Part shown: positions 37,098-46,776 of the stretch, piece by piece | Layout of the letters: each line of letters opens with the position of its first letter | Numbering within the stretch: the stretch's first letter is position 1 | DNA from: a virus | Taxonomy: Duplodnaviria > Caudoviricetes | Direction: 5' to 3' (one strand) | Virus record (IMG/VR): IMGVR_UViG_2524023228_000003 | Coordinates: 1-64,000 of that record | DNA length: 64,000 bases | The notes under the pieces: generated by a model | Database searches by the model: none | What the model was told of the DNA's origin: nothing | The model's input: the letters and a program-made list of their open reading frames with translations, nothing else | Translations under genes and position numbers: made by a program

Positions 37098-37585
37098 CAG
37101 TCGCCTCCATGCGCCAGATAATCACGGATCATCTTGGAGATCCGTCGCTTGTTTTCGTCTGAGAAGCCCATGAACGGACGCGGCGGGATCTTCTTGCGCC
37201 TGATCATGCCCTTGGTTCGCTTCACGCCGTCCTGCACATAGGACGAGTACGGCTCGCCCTCGTGGTTGAGTGCGGTCGAACTGAGGACGAAGCCGTCATG
37301 AGTGACGTCCTCGACCTGGATCCACTTGGCCAGCTCACCGCTGTCAAACAGGATGCTGTCGTTGCCACCTTTGAGCTTGACCGTCACCTCACGCAGCGCC
37401 GCCCAGCGCTCGCCGTCCGGACCGGTCTTGCTCCGCAGGACGCGGTTGACCGTCGAGTTCTTCATGTACTCGGCGGCGCTTGCGTAGACCGGTTGAAGAT
37501 TGAGTGTGTCGTGCAGCAGCTCACTGATGCGCTTGTTCAGCTTGCGCAGGTCGCTGGCATCGACTCTGACTTGAAGGTCGGCCAT
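37097..37585 (-). CDS. Virion morphogenesis protein (Mu gpG/P2 gpS family)
   Basis: GPDGERWAAL..ILFDSGEL..YVQDG..IPPRPFMGFS. Confidence 0.85.
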   Translation of the reverse strand: MADLQVRVDASDLRKLNKRISELLHDTLNLQPVYASAAEYMKNSTVNRVLRSKTGPDGERWAALREVTVKLKGGNDSILFDSGELAKWIQVEDVTHDGFVLSSTALNHEGEPYSSYVQDGVKRTKGMIRRKKIPPRPFMGFSDENKRRISKMIRDYLAHGGD

Positions 37586-38013
37586 CAGGCCCTCCCGCAG
37601 TCGAACGAGCCTCCTGAGCGCTTAACGTTCGGGTTGGTCGTCGTGGACGTGCCGTCACCGTTGTCGGTGGTCTCCGGCGGAAGGCCTAGGCCAACCTTGC
37701 CGGTGGAAATTTTCTCGAGGAGCGCCAGGGCATCCTCATAGCGCACCCGCATTTCGTCGGTGCGGCCGGTGCGGCCCAGCGCTATCTTGTAGACGGCGAT
37801 GTCGATCGCGCAGTTCCTCACCACGCCGGGCGTGGGGGTCACCGGGATCGTATACTGAGCCGACAGATAGGCGTCGCAGATCTCGTCGGCAGACTGGAGC
37901 CCCTTCGCGACAACGTCGGGGTCCGGCTGGCCGTCTCTGTCGTAATCGGCCACGCGAACCAGGAGGTCGGTGCCGTAAAGCTCGTCGATGTCCTCTTTGG
38001 TCGCGTAGCCCAT
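37585..38013 (-). CDS. Head-tail adaptor (DUF1320/Mu gp36 family)
   Basis: MGYATKEDI..AD..DAYL..Y-x-IP..CAIDIAVY..RYEDA..LEKI..GK..LG. Confidence 0.88.
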   Translation of the reverse strand: MGYATKEDIDELYGTDLLVRVADYDRDGQPDPDVVAKGLQSADEICDAYLSAQYTIPVTPTPGVVRNCAIDIAVYKIALGRTGRTDEMRVRYEDALALLEKISTGKVGLGLPPETTDNGDGTSTTTNPNVKRSGGSFDCGRA

Positions 38014-38060
38014 TACATTTCCTCGTTAGGTCGCGGAAACCGCGGCACTTTGAGCCTGAA

Positions 38061-38438
38061 TTATTTCTTCTTCTTGGGGCCCTTCGGCTTGGCGCTGGCC
38101 GTCTTGGCCTCGCCTTCCTTCGGCGCGGTCTCGTCGCCGGTACCATCTGCTTCGTCGCCTTCGGTCTGGTCCTGATCGGACTGATCGGCAGCGGTTTCGG
38201 CAGTTGACGTCTCCGCGTCTTCAGCGACCTGCTCGACGTTGGTCTCGTCGGTCACTTCCGCGGCCGGTGCGGTGGGCTCAACCGGCTCGACGACCGGCGC
38301 GGCGGGAGCTTTCGGCTCCGCATTTCCGTGCAGGTTGGCGAAACGAATTGCCCGGACTTCGTCCGTCACGAGGCGACGAGTGCGGCGCTTGTAGTTCGCG
38401 GTCGCTTCGCGGGCTCGGAAGCCTTTTGCTCCAAACAT
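38061..38438 (-). CDS. Hypothetical acidic protein after the capsid gene
   Basis: MFGAKGFRARE start; Glu/Ala/Thr-rich tail. Confidence 0.6.
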   Translation of the reverse strand: MFGAKGFRAREATANYKRRTRRLVTDEVRAIRFANLHGNAEPKAPAAPVVEPVEPTAPAAEVTDETNVEQVAEDAETSTAETAADQSDQDQTEGDEADGTGDETAPKEGEAKTASAKPKGPKKKK

Positions 38439-38461
38439 GAATGTCTCCAGAGTCACAAAGA

Positions 38462-38486
38462 ACCCTCCCCGGATTAGGGGGAGGGT
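38462..38486 (-). terminator. Hairpin after the capsid gene (probable terminator)
   Basis: ACCCTCCCC-GGATTA-GGGGGAGGGT near-perfect inverted repeat; short T-rich tail on the minus strand. Confidence 0.6.
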
Positions 38487-38513
38487 CTTGTGTTTCGGTA
38501 CCGTCAGCGACGA

Positions 38514-39494
38514 TTAGGCGGCCAACTTGTGCTTGAAGGCCACCAGGCGGACGATCTTCGCATCGTACACGCGCTGCCAGTTGCTGGTGTTGGCCAGCTC
38601 GGTGTTGGACGGCGTGACGCCGGCCTGGGTGCCGCCGAGCCACTTGATGCCGCGGGGATGCATGACCCACTGGCGGCGGTTCACGATGTACTCCTGGCCC
38701 ATGCCCTTCAGAGCCTGGCGCTCGACTTCCACCGGCACCTTCGGCGACTTCTCGCCGAAACCGATCGCGCCGGGGCCGAAGATGTAGGTGGTGAACACGC
38801 GGTTCGCGCCCGCGCCGGTCACCGGCATGCTGTCGTCGACGAGCACGGTCTTGCCGAGATAGGTCGGGATGGTCAGCTTGCCCTGGCTGTCCGGGACGAA
38901 GTCGATCAGGTCGGCTTTGACCATCGCCTTCAGGGTCAGCGAGTGGACGGCGACCGCCGACAGACCGCCCTGCTCGTCGCCGAGCAAGAAGGCCGCGTCG
39001 ATGAACGAGTCGGCGTCGAAGTTCTCAGCGCCGCCGGTCAGGGCGGAGATGTCGCTGACGTTGGCCGCCATGTCGGTCGAGCCCATGGCGCCGGCCAGGG
39101 TCGCGAGCAGCGCGGTCTGCATGCGCTTGTTCCACCAGTCGGCGAAACGGTTCGCGATCGCGTCGATCGGGTCCGTGCCGGACAGGTCGGCCGCGAGGTC
39201 GGTCGAGCCGAACGCCTTGCCGCGCAGAAGCTTCACGGCCACGTCCTGGCCGGTCGTCATCTTGCTGACGGTCAGGTCGGTCGTGTCGTCGAGGATCTGC
39301 TCGGCGTCCGAGGCGTCGAGATCGTTGAAGTACGGCATGTTGACCGTCTTGCCTTCGATCTCGGCGTTGATGACGCTGGTCAGGTCGGTGATGATGCCCG
39401 ACTGGAACAGCTCCGACTTCTGGGTCGAGAGCACCTGGACGTACTTGTTGAACTTGGTCGGGACGATCATGTCCGCGAGACGAGTCTCAGTCAT
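38514..39494 (-). CDS. Major capsid protein
   Basis: TRLADMIVP..GKTVNMPYFNDL..RGKAFG..DL..GTDPIDAIA..IPTYLGKTVLVDD..Y..RRQWVMHPRG. Confidence 0.9.
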   Translation of the reverse strand: MTETRLADMIVPTKFNKYVQVLSTQKSELFQSGIITDLTSVINAEIEGKTVNMPYFNDLDASDAEQILDDTTDLTVSKMTTGQDVAVKLLRGKAFGSTDLAADLSGTDPIDAIANRFADWWNKRMQTALLATLAGAMGSTDMAANVSDISALTGGAENFDADSFIDAAFLLGDEQGGLSAVAVHSLTLKAMVKADLIDFVPDSQGKLTIPTYLGKTVLVDDSMPVTGAGANRVFTTYIFGPGAIGFGEKSPKVPVEVERQALKGMGQEYIVNRRQWVMHPRGIKWLGGTQAGVTPSNTELANTSNWQRVYDAKIVRLVAFKHKLAA

Positions 39495-39592
39495 TTCTCA
39501 CTCTTGAGGTTGGTGACTGGCCGCCGCTGGTTTGCATTCAAGCAAACGCCCGGACAAAATCCGGGCGCCTGCATGTTGGAAGGCGGGAGGAC

Positions 39593-40480
39593 TTAGTCCT
39601 TCACGCCGGCCGCTGCTTTCAGCTGCTTGGCCAATTCGGGTTTGGTGTTTTCCAGCAGCATTTGCTGGGTGACGTTGCGCGTTTCGGTGGCCCAGGGGTT
39701 CACGACCCCTCCGGCCGGCGTAGCGCTGTTGCTTCCGGGGTTGGTCCCGAGACCGCGCTTCTCGTCAGGCTTGAAGAGCGACGCGGACTTCTCTCGGATC
39801 TCTGCAACGAGATCTTCGACCGTGAACGCGGTGCCGTTCACGTCCTTGATGCGGGGGTTGCCGTTCGTGTCGATCACTTCCGTGACGACCTTGCCGTCCT
39901 TCATGGACGTGCGGACGAACTTGCCCACCAGGAGTTCGACGGCATCCCGCGCGTCGTCCAGGGGGTTGGCTTTGGCGACTTCAGACTTGATCTGGCTCTC
40001 GCCCATGATCGTCTTCAGCTGCCCCACCAAGCTGGCATTGGCGTCCTCCAGACCCTTGACCTTGGTGGTCCACTCGGTCTCCTTCAGTCCGTACTGAGCG
40101 GAGAGTTGGCCCCTGATGGTGTCGAGCTTGGTGTTCGCGATCTGCTCGGCCTGCTTCTCGGGATCGAGTGCAGTCAGTCGAGCCGTCGTTTCGACCGCCG
40201 TCTTGGCGGCTTCCGGCGTGATGTCTCCGAAGGCGGTGATGCGTTCGATCGCGGTCTTAGCCGCGGCCACATCGAGGCCTTCGTAGGGCTGCAACTGCGC
40301 CTTCAGAACGAAAACGTTGTTGCGTTCCGCGCCGAGCGCCGTCTTCAGGCCCTGGACGTTGTCGAGTTCGAAGCCTTCGCTGGCGGTCACGTTCAGGAAG
40401 AACTTCCCGTCCTTCGCGACGTAGTAGCCTCGGAGGCCCTCATCGAGTTCATTGAGATCTTTAACGACTGCTTTGAGCAT
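39593..40480 (-). CDS. Capsid scaffolding protein
   Basis: LKAVVKDL..YYVAKDGKF-x-L..GLKTALGAER coiled coil; immediately upstream of the capsid gene. Confidence 0.8.
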   Translation of the reverse strand: MLKAVVKDLNELDEGLRGYYVAKDGKFFLNVTASEGFELDNVQGLKTALGAERNNVFVLKAQLQPYEGLDVAAAKTAIERITAFGDITPEAAKTAVETTARLTALDPEKQAEQIANTKLDTIRGQLSAQYGLKETEWTTKVKGLEDANASLVGQLKTIMGESQIKSEVAKANPLDDARDAVELLVGKFVRTSMKDGKVVTEVIDTNGNPRIKDVNGTAFTVEDLVAEIREKSASLFKPDEKRGLGTNPGSNSATPAGGVVNPWATETRNVTQQMLLENTKPELAKQLKAAAGVKD

Positions 40481-40650
40481 ATCCATCCCGGAAATGCGGG
40501 GCATCCCGCCCCTCGTGATAAAAGGCCCAGTCAAGCGTCCCGCTCGAAGGGCCGGTGATATCCCCGAGGAGTCGGGGAATCAGAGGAGCCAGCAGCGATC
40601 GTTCCGAGGCCGTCCCGGCGCTCGATTGGTCATTGCTGGCGAATTGGTGG

Positions 40651-40727
40651 TGGCTGGCAGGGCAGGACTCGAACCTGCGACATCCTCGTTAACAGCGAGG
40701 CGCTCTACCGATCTGAGCTACTTGCCA
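40651..40727 (-). tRNA. trnN: tRNA-Asn(GTT)
   Basis: Cloverleaf: TGGCAAG acceptor (U1-A72), D arm GCTCAGATCGGTAGAGC, CCTCG-CTGTTAA-CGAGG, GGTTCGAGTCC, encoded CCA. Confidence 0.93.
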
Positions 40728-40888
40728 AGAAACTGTTCAGCGGCGGCGCGGGCGTGCGGCGCGCTCTTCGGTATCTCTGCTCGTCTTGTGCGGGATGCGA
40801 ACTGAGACCGCTGAAACCGCGCTCAACCCGAAGGGGAGCGCGATCTGGAAGGGTTCTCGGCCGCAGCCACAAAGGCGCAGGCCCAAAG

Positions 40889-40920
40889 AAAAACCCGCCC
40901 AGGACGGTCCTGAGCGGGCT
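40889..40920 (-). terminator. Rho-independent terminator
   Basis: GCCCGCTCAGGAC-C-GTCCTGGGCGGG hairpin + TTTT. Confidence 0.7.
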
Positions 40921-40999
40921 CTGAAGGGTGTTGCGCGCCTTACCTAACCGGCCCGCCGTGCAGGCAGACATATGCGGGGCAAGACGCGCAGTTTGATGG

Positions 41000-41308
41000 T
41001 CACGCGGCGCGAAGCAGCTCGGGCGTGACGGGTTCGAAGTTCTTCTCGAATGTGTCGGGCTTCTCGAACCCGATCGAATTGTCGGCGAACAGGAGGACGA
41101 TGTCGCCCGCGGCGCACTGCATCACGCCGAAGGGCGTTTGCATCGTGAGGCCACCGAGCCGATTGATCTCCAGCTCGCCCGTTTGCAACCGCGAGACCAG
41201 CCAGTGAGGCGGCAGCTCGGTTGCGACCTGCCCCCAAAGCGGCAAATGGAACGCTTCGGCGAGAGATCGGCGGGTGAAAAGCTTCACGGTCACTCCATTT
41301 GCATTCAA
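41000..41308 (-). CDS. Hypothetical phage protein
   Basis: TPFGVMQCAAGDIVL..F-x-KPDTFEKNFE; the start may be GTG near 41293. Confidence 0.6.
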   Translation of the reverse strand: MNANGVTVKLFTRRSLAEAFHLPLWGQVATELPPHWLVSRLQTGELEINRLGGLTMQTPFGVMQCAAGDIVLLFADNSIGFEKPDTFEKNFEPVTPELLRAA

Positions 41309-41372
41309 GCAAATCTTCTAGCACGGGGTCCGGGGTTCTGTCAACCCCTCGCCCCATGAGAATGCAAATGCC

Positions 41373-41770
41373 CTACTGGTGGAGGAACCACCAGGCCAAA
41401 CCGATCAAAATCAATACTCCGATACCGGGAGCGTAGACGTCGAGCGACTGCTTGCGCCGGATCTCCCGGAGGTCGTCGGCCATCTGCTGCTGGAGCGGAT
41501 CGTGCTTAGGATTTGACGACGGCGAGACGCTGCTTCGGCTCGGCTGCTGCTGGCTGGGCATGTTTTACAGGCTTCCTGGTCTTTGCATCGAACTTCGGCT
41601 CGAAGCAAATCGGGCAGCAGAAATACTCGTTACCCACCAGCTTGCCGAACACCACGACCGACTTGGGGATCATCCGAACGAGTTCCCGTACCGGCGTGCC
41701 CTGCCGCAATGTGCAGGGCTCGCACCGGTATTCGGTTGCTTCGAACTTCATGGTCAAGTCAGTCATGGGG
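41373..41770 (-). CDS. Two small hypothetical ORFs downstream of the portal (about 41506-41770 with Cys pairs; 41373-41561 with a C-terminal TM)
   Basis: ORF track; CEPC..CCPIC motif; hydrophobic C-terminus. Confidence 0.5.
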
Positions 41771-41805
41771 CGGCGTCGATAGCATTTTCGTTTGCACCGA
41801 GTCAA

Positions 41806-43419
41806 TCAGATTTGCTTTGTGGGGCGGGTCTGACCGTTCGGAAAATCAAACGTCTTTGCAGGCTTTGCAGTTCCGGGAGCCGCGTTCGGATCGGGGTTCG
41901 CAGATCCAGCGCCGCCGCCGGCCGGGTCCTTGGCGGGATCGGCTTGCGTCCAGCGGCCCGGCAGCATGCCATCGGCGGCCTGCATGTTGATCTGGTCGAC
42001 CTGAGCCCAGAAGGCCAGCTCGTCATCCAGATTGAAGTCGTCACCAAGCAGGTTGCGGTTGCGTACCTCGGTCAACAGGGTCTGGCGCGACAGGCCGCGC
42101 TCTTCCCACATCTTCACGAGCTGGGCGACCTCAAGCAGGCGGTCCTTCGTATTCGAGAACTCGGTGTTGAGGATGGCCTTGACTTGGCTGTAGTCGGCGC
42201 CGGTCCACTGCCCCATGAACAGGATGGCCTTCTCCAGCGAGTCCTGGCAGCCGATCGCCAAGTCGTGGACGACCGAGTGGACCCGGGTCTCCTGGATGTC
42301 ACGCTCGTTCTGCGGAACGTACTGACGGTGCGTGCCCGTGACCGGGTTGAGCGCCATCATGTCCATCTGCATTTCGAGCTTCTCAATGTCCTTCATGCCG
42401 GACTCGATCGCGGTGCCCTTGGGCTCCACGAAGTACCAACGGCCATTGGCGTCCGGCGAATAGAGCACCTTGTAGGGACCGATGGCGAACTGGGCCTCGT
42501 CCTCCGGGTCGATCTGGACGCCAGAGCACGCCAGCATCGGGAAGCGTGCCGCCGACAGGATCGAGCGCTGATCCGAGCTGGAGATCCAGTGCTCGATCTG
42601 CTTGTAGGCCAGATCGATGAAGACCGGCCGCACCTGGTAGTCGGCTTCCTTTTCGCCGGCATACATGGTGACGAACGGGACCTCCGGCATGTTCTTCAGC
42701 GGGGTCTCTTCGACGAACGTCCAGTTCGAGCCGCCCGATGTCGCCGCCTGCTCCCAGAGCTGGACGATGCCAGACGTCTTGGTGGGGTCGATTTCGATGA
42801 CGCGGATCTGGTTGAAGAGGACCTCCTTGAAGCCGTCGCGGTCAGCGCGCTGGCTGCGGATGCGGACGTGGACGGTCTTGGTGTCACCGCCGACGTACAT
42901 GTCGTAGGCCGCGGCAACATCGTCGACCTTGAACATCTTCATGAACGGCCGGGCGCCGGACGCCTTCTGAGCGGCAAGGCTCTTCATGTTGTAGGTGTCG
43001 GGATGGTCCACCAGGATGTGGCACATGCCGTCGAGCAGCGCGTTGTTGAAGAATTGGTGGGCGAAGACGTGCAGGTGATTGCCCTGCAGATCGACGTCCT
43101 GGACCCAAGCGTCGAGGTTCTGGTCCTTGTTGTTGACGAGCTTCAGCAGCGTGCGGAACGGCTTCGCCGACGCAGCATCGACAGCCTCACGCAACTTGTT
43201 GAGCGCGAAGGTGGACTGCAGACGCGATTGGTAGCGGGTATCCGACTCCTTCTCGTATTGCGGAAGGAAGGTTTGATCCTTGGCGCGCATCGTCTCGGTG
43301 CCGCCGTAGACAGCGCGCAGCATCGACGTGCGCTGCTGCATCGTGGTGGCAGCCGAAGACAATTGGCCGGGGTTACCTTCCTTCGGGGAAGGCGTGTACT
43401 TGATCTGGGTATCAGCCAT
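41806..43419 (-). CDS. Portal protein (DUF4055-like)
   Basis: VYGGTETMR..YLP-like FLPQYEKESD-x-RY-x-SRL..DVDLQGN..IPFV-like VPFV..HWISSSD; directly after terminase. Confidence 0.88.
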   Translation of the reverse strand: MADTQIKYTPSPKEGNPGQLSSAATTMQQRTSMLRAVYGGTETMRAKDQTFLPQYEKESDTRYQSRLQSTFALNKLREAVDAASAKPFRTLLKLVNNKDQNLDAWVQDVDLQGNHLHVFAHQFFNNALLDGMCHILVDHPDTYNMKSLAAQKASGARPFMKMFKVDDVAAAYDMYVGGDTKTVHVRIRSQRADRDGFKEVLFNQIRVIEIDPTKTSGIVQLWEQAATSGGSNWTFVEETPLKNMPEVPFVTMYAGEKEADYQVRPVFIDLAYKQIEHWISSSDQRSILSAARFPMLACSGVQIDPEDEAQFAIGPYKVLYSPDANGRWYFVEPKGTAIESGMKDIEKLEMQMDMMALNPVTGTHRQYVPQNERDIQETRVHSVVHDLAIGCQDSLEKAILFMGQWTGADYSQVKAILNTEFSNTKDRLLEVAQLVKMWEERGLSRQTLLTEVRNRNLLGDDFNLDDELAFWAQVDQINMQAADGMLPGRWTQADPAKDPAGGGAGSANPDPNAAPGTAKPAKTFDFPNGQTRPTKQI

Positions 43420-43439
43420 TTGGCGGGGAAGTCCTGACG

Positions 43440-44903
43440 TTACCAGTCAAGGACTGCGGCCTTGCGGGGACCGAGTAGCGCGTTGAAAGCGTCGGAAGCG
43501 GCGTCCACCTGGTCGTCGTTGACGCCAAGAGGGAACATTTCCAACTCGTCGGTGAAGACATCATTCCAGTGTCCTTTCACCAATTTCACATTCTTCGCCT
43601 CGCACTGCGCAGCGAACGCTGCGGCGCGGGTCTCTTTCGGTCCTGTTGGGCGAACAGCCTTGACGATGTAGCCGGCGAGCCGGCGGATAAAGTTTTGGGC
43701 CTGGCTCTTGCCTGCCTGGCCCGGATCCTGCGGGAGGAAGATCTGGACGGACTTGCCGTCGTTCCTGGCGGTCTCGAAGATCTTCTTCTCGACGACGAGC
43801 GGCGTGTCGCGGAATCGGATCACGTTCTCGATGTAGAAGATGCCGTTGGCGTCCCGGGACATCAGAACGCCGACGGTGTAGTCGCCGTCTTTGGACGCAG
43901 CCAAGTCCCAGGCCCGCACGCGGACGCGCTTGGCCGGCAGCTCGGTGGCTGTCTCGAACCAGGAGGCATTGAACATGCCGCCATCGTCAGCCATCGGCTG
44001 CTGCTGGTAGAGCGCTGCAAACGAGCGCTCGCCTAGAACGTCCTGACGATCCTGGAGAGCGGCGTAGGAGAAGCGCCGAGGAGCCAGCGGCTCGTTGGGC
44101 TTGCGGCGGAGCGGGTCGCCCGGCACGGTGCCGTCATCATTGAGGATCAGCTCCTTGGTGCCATCCTCGCGCTGGATCGACTTGGTGTAGGGCAGCGCCG
44201 GCAGATACAGGATCTCCCAGGGCAAACCCTTGCCGTCGTTCATCAGCTCGATGAGGCGGCCTGCGATGTCGTCGTAGTGCCATCGCGTCAGCGTGAGCAC
44301 GATTGCCGCGTCTTCTTCGAGACGGGTGTAAACGACGTCGCGATACCAGTTCCATTGGTCTTCGCGGAAATTGGCGGAGCTGACTTCCTTGCGGTCTTTG
44401 ATCGGGTCGTCGATCAGGAAGAGATGGGAGCCCTTACCTGTGGTGCCGGAGCCCACGCCGACCGCGTAATACTGACCGCCCTGCTCCAGCTGCCAGTCGT
44501 CAGCGGCGCGCTGGTCGGTACGGATTCCGACATTCGGGAAGAGAGTCTTGAACTCGTTGCCCTTGATGATGTCGCGGACGTTACGCCCGAAGGACGTGGC
44601 GAAGTCGGCGTTGTAGGACGCCGAGATGACGTTCTTGTCCGGATTTCGCGCCATGAAGTAGGCGGGAAACCGGCGCGTCGACAGCTCACTCTTGCCGTGC
44701 CGCGGGGGCGCGAACAGCATCAGGCGCTTGATCTCGCCGCGCTCGACCGCTTCCAGCTTCTCGGCGACCAGATGATGGAACGGGTCAGCGTTGTATTTGG
44801 GGAGCGTGTACTCGGTGAAGCCGATCAGGCGCTCGCGGCCCCTCCTGCGGCGCAGGATTTCGGCCGCCGCCTCCTCGGGGGAGACGTCGATAAGGTTGTT
44901 CAC
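43440..44903 (-). CDS. terL: Terminase large subunit
   Basis: LMLFAPPRHGKSEL Walker A, LFLIDDP Walker B, LTRWHYDD, LYQQQP, RAWDLAAS, NDDQVDA. Confidence 0.95.
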   Translation of the reverse strand: MNNLIDVSPEEAAAEILRRRRGRERLIGFTEYTLPKYNADPFHHLVAEKLEAVERGEIKRLMLFAPPRHGKSELSTRRFPAYFMARNPDKNVISASYNADFATSFGRNVRDIIKGNEFKTLFPNVGIRTDQRAADDWQLEQGGQYYAVGVGSGTTGKGSHLFLIDDPIKDRKEVSSANFREDQWNWYRDVVYTRLEEDAAIVLTLTRWHYDDIAGRLIELMNDGKGLPWEILYLPALPYTKSIQREDGTKELILNDDGTVPGDPLRRKPNEPLAPRRFSYAALQDRQDVLGERSFAALYQQQPMADDGGMFNASWFETATELPAKRVRVRAWDLAASKDGDYTVGVLMSRDANGIFYIENVIRFRDTPLVVEKKIFETARNDGKSVQIFLPQDPGQAGKSQAQNFIRRLAGYIVKAVRPTGPKETRAAAFAAQCEAKNVKLVKGHWNDVFTDELEMFPLGVNDDQVDAASDAFNALLGPRKAAVLDW

Positions 44904-45092
44904 GATGTTTCCGGAGTTTAGACTCCGGTCGAGGCGCTGTGCGCTGATGCCCCCGAAGCGGCAACTCGACCAGAGTGATTGAAGACTGCCCGCGCAGGCT
45001 GCTACGTGCGACTTAGTCCGCGCCCTCATGGAAGGTTCGTTGGCGGATACCCCTGACCGAGACCAGTTTCGGCGCGAGCAGTCAGATGTGGC

Positions 45093-45314
45093 TTAGAACT
45101 TGAAGCCCGGCGCCTGGATTTCCAGATCGGTCTTGGTGCCGGATCGGACCGCGATCTCAGTGAATGCGGTGGGCGCGCCGTTCACGACGGGGTCGCCATT
45201 GAACTTGACGATGCGGAGCCACTTCCCGTCCGTGTCCTGAACGAGATCGGACACGGTGATGAGGCGCGCATCTTCCACCTGGAACTTCTGGTGGATGATG
45301 GAGATGGTGGACAT
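45093..45314 (-). CDS. Hypothetical protein
   Basis: 73-aa beta-rich ORF with RBS-like spacing. Confidence 0.6.
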   Translation of the reverse strand: MSTISIIHQKFQVEDARLITVSDLVQDTDGKWLRIVKFNGDPVVNGAPTAFTEIAVRSGTKTDLEIQAPGFKF

Positions 45315-45338
45315 GTGTGCGTTTTCTTTCGATGACGA

Positions 45339-45866
45339 TCAGGCCAGATGGTTCGAGCACAGGACCTCGTAGATCTCCCTCGGAGCACTGTGATCGCCGG
45401 GCACGAATGCCTCGATCACCTCGTCCTTGAAGACCTCATCGACCAGCTTGTGATCGATAGCCCTCGCCTCTGACTCTGACTGGCTGCGGCCATAATTGCG
45501 GTACGGCTTCGTCCTGATGAGGCCGAAGTTGATGTTGTCGTAATGGGCCCAGAGATTACGGGCCGACTCGTCGACAGCGCGGTGGTCCATCGGATCGCTG
45601 ATGTAGGCGATCGACAGAAGCAACGGGCAGTCGGTGATGATGAAGTCGACCTCGCCGAGCAGGCGGCGCTGCCGCCTCTCCTGCTCTGCCAGAACGTAGA
45701 GCTGACGCTTCAGGTCGATCCAGTTCTTGTCGTAGGTCAGCTCCTTGGCGAACTCTGTCACAAGCTCGCATCGGTGGCCGGCGCACTTCATCGCGAAGAA
45801 CAAACCGGCCGCCGTGGTCGACTTCCCGCATCCCGGGCCGCCGATCAGGTTGATGACCTTCGTCAT
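45339..45866 (-). CDS. P-loop kinase/AAA (NadR-type) protein
   Basis: VINLIGGPGCGKSTTA..ELVTEFAKEL..ITDCPLLL; TAATG coupling to the upstream gene. Confidence 0.8.
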   Translation of the reverse strand: MTKVINLIGGPGCGKSTTAAGLFFAMKCAGHRCELVTEFAKELTYDKNWIDLKRQLYVLAEQERRQRRLLGEVDFIITDCPLLLSIAYISDPMDHRAVDESARNLWAHYDNINFGLIRTKPYRNYGRSQSESEARAIDHKLVDEVFKDEVIEAFVPGDHSAPREIYEVLCSNHLA

Positions 45867-46753
45867 TAGGCGATGTGCAGCTTGGCCGTGTCGTACTGGG
45901 CGAAGACGCCCTTGAGCCAATGGCCCACCTTGCCCTTCATCACGAAGGAGTCGCCGTTCTTTGCGTAGTCGGCGAACGAGGTGGCCGCGGCCTCGACATA
46001 CTCGGTGGCACGCTCGTCGAGCTTGGCGATGTCGATAAGCGCGGTACCGGCCTTGAGGGCGTCGGTCGACACGTTGAGGCCAGCGAAGAACGCGGCATCG
46101 TTCGTGTGGTTCTTGACGATGAAGTGGCGCGAGCCGGTCAGGATCTTGGCGGCGCCCTCGATCTCGCTGAGCGACTGTACGGTGCTGCCGATGACCTGCA
46201 TGGTCGTCACGTTCATCTTGCCGTCCTGGACCATGGACAGCAGGCCGATCTCACTGAGCAGGGTCAGCGTCGGCGAGAGCAGCCCCGCCTGGATGTCGAT
46301 CACGGTGACCGCATGCTTCGGCAGGGAGTCGAACACCTTGATCTGGCCGTCCGAGCTGGACAGGTCGATCACCTCGGTGACGTCCTTGTGGAATCGGATC
46401 AGGTTGCCGGACGGCATCTGGGTGTCGATCGCCCGGGCATCCACGCCCACGCTTTTGAAGTAGTCGAGCACGGTGCGCGCCACGACGGTCTTGCCAACGC
46501 CGCCCTTGTCGGCGCCGACGATTACGAGATGGGGGAGCCCCATGATCAGTTCCTCTCTTTTCGGTAGAACGACCTCACGGTCGGGGTGGTGTTGAGCAGG
46601 CTCCGGATCGCGCGAGGCGACCGGCTCAGCCGGCGCCTCACGCTTCACTTCGGAGAAGTTCTTGGACTGCCAGAGTCTCTGCTCGATGGCCTGGCGGCGC
46701 TGCTGACGAATGTCCTCGGTGATCGCGCGGGTTCGCTTCTGGTCTTTGATCAT
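45866..46753 (-). CDS. ParA/MinD-like P-loop NTPase
   Basis: VIVGADKGGVGKT deviant Walker A, IDTQ, VIDIQAG. Confidence 0.75.
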   Translation of the reverse strand: MIKDQKRTRAITEDIRQQRRQAIEQRLWQSKNFSEVKREAPAEPVASRDPEPAQHHPDREVVLPKREELIMGLPHLVIVGADKGGVGKTVVARTVLDYFKSVGVDARAIDTQMPSGNLIRFHKDVTEVIDLSSSDGQIKVFDSLPKHAVTVIDIQAGLLSPTLTLLSEIGLLSMVQDGKMNVTTMQVIGSTVQSLSEIEGAAKILTGSRHFIVKNHTNDAAFFAGLNVSTDALKAGTALIDIAKLDERATEYVEAAATSFADYAKNGDSFVMKGKVGHWLKGVFAQYDTAKLHIA

Positions 46754-46776
46754 TGCTCGCCCTCGCGATTACGATG

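Noticed and set aside
18607-38013. Tailocin/eCIS rather than a prophage
   Set aside because: Capsid, scaffold, portal and terminase genes are present and look intact.
14444-43437. Long plus-strand ORFs (14444-16714, 25416-27233, 29555-31531, 32740-34518, 41452-43437 and others)
   Set aside because: Antisense shadows of well-supported minus-strand phage genes in GC-rich DNA; no recognisable motifs.
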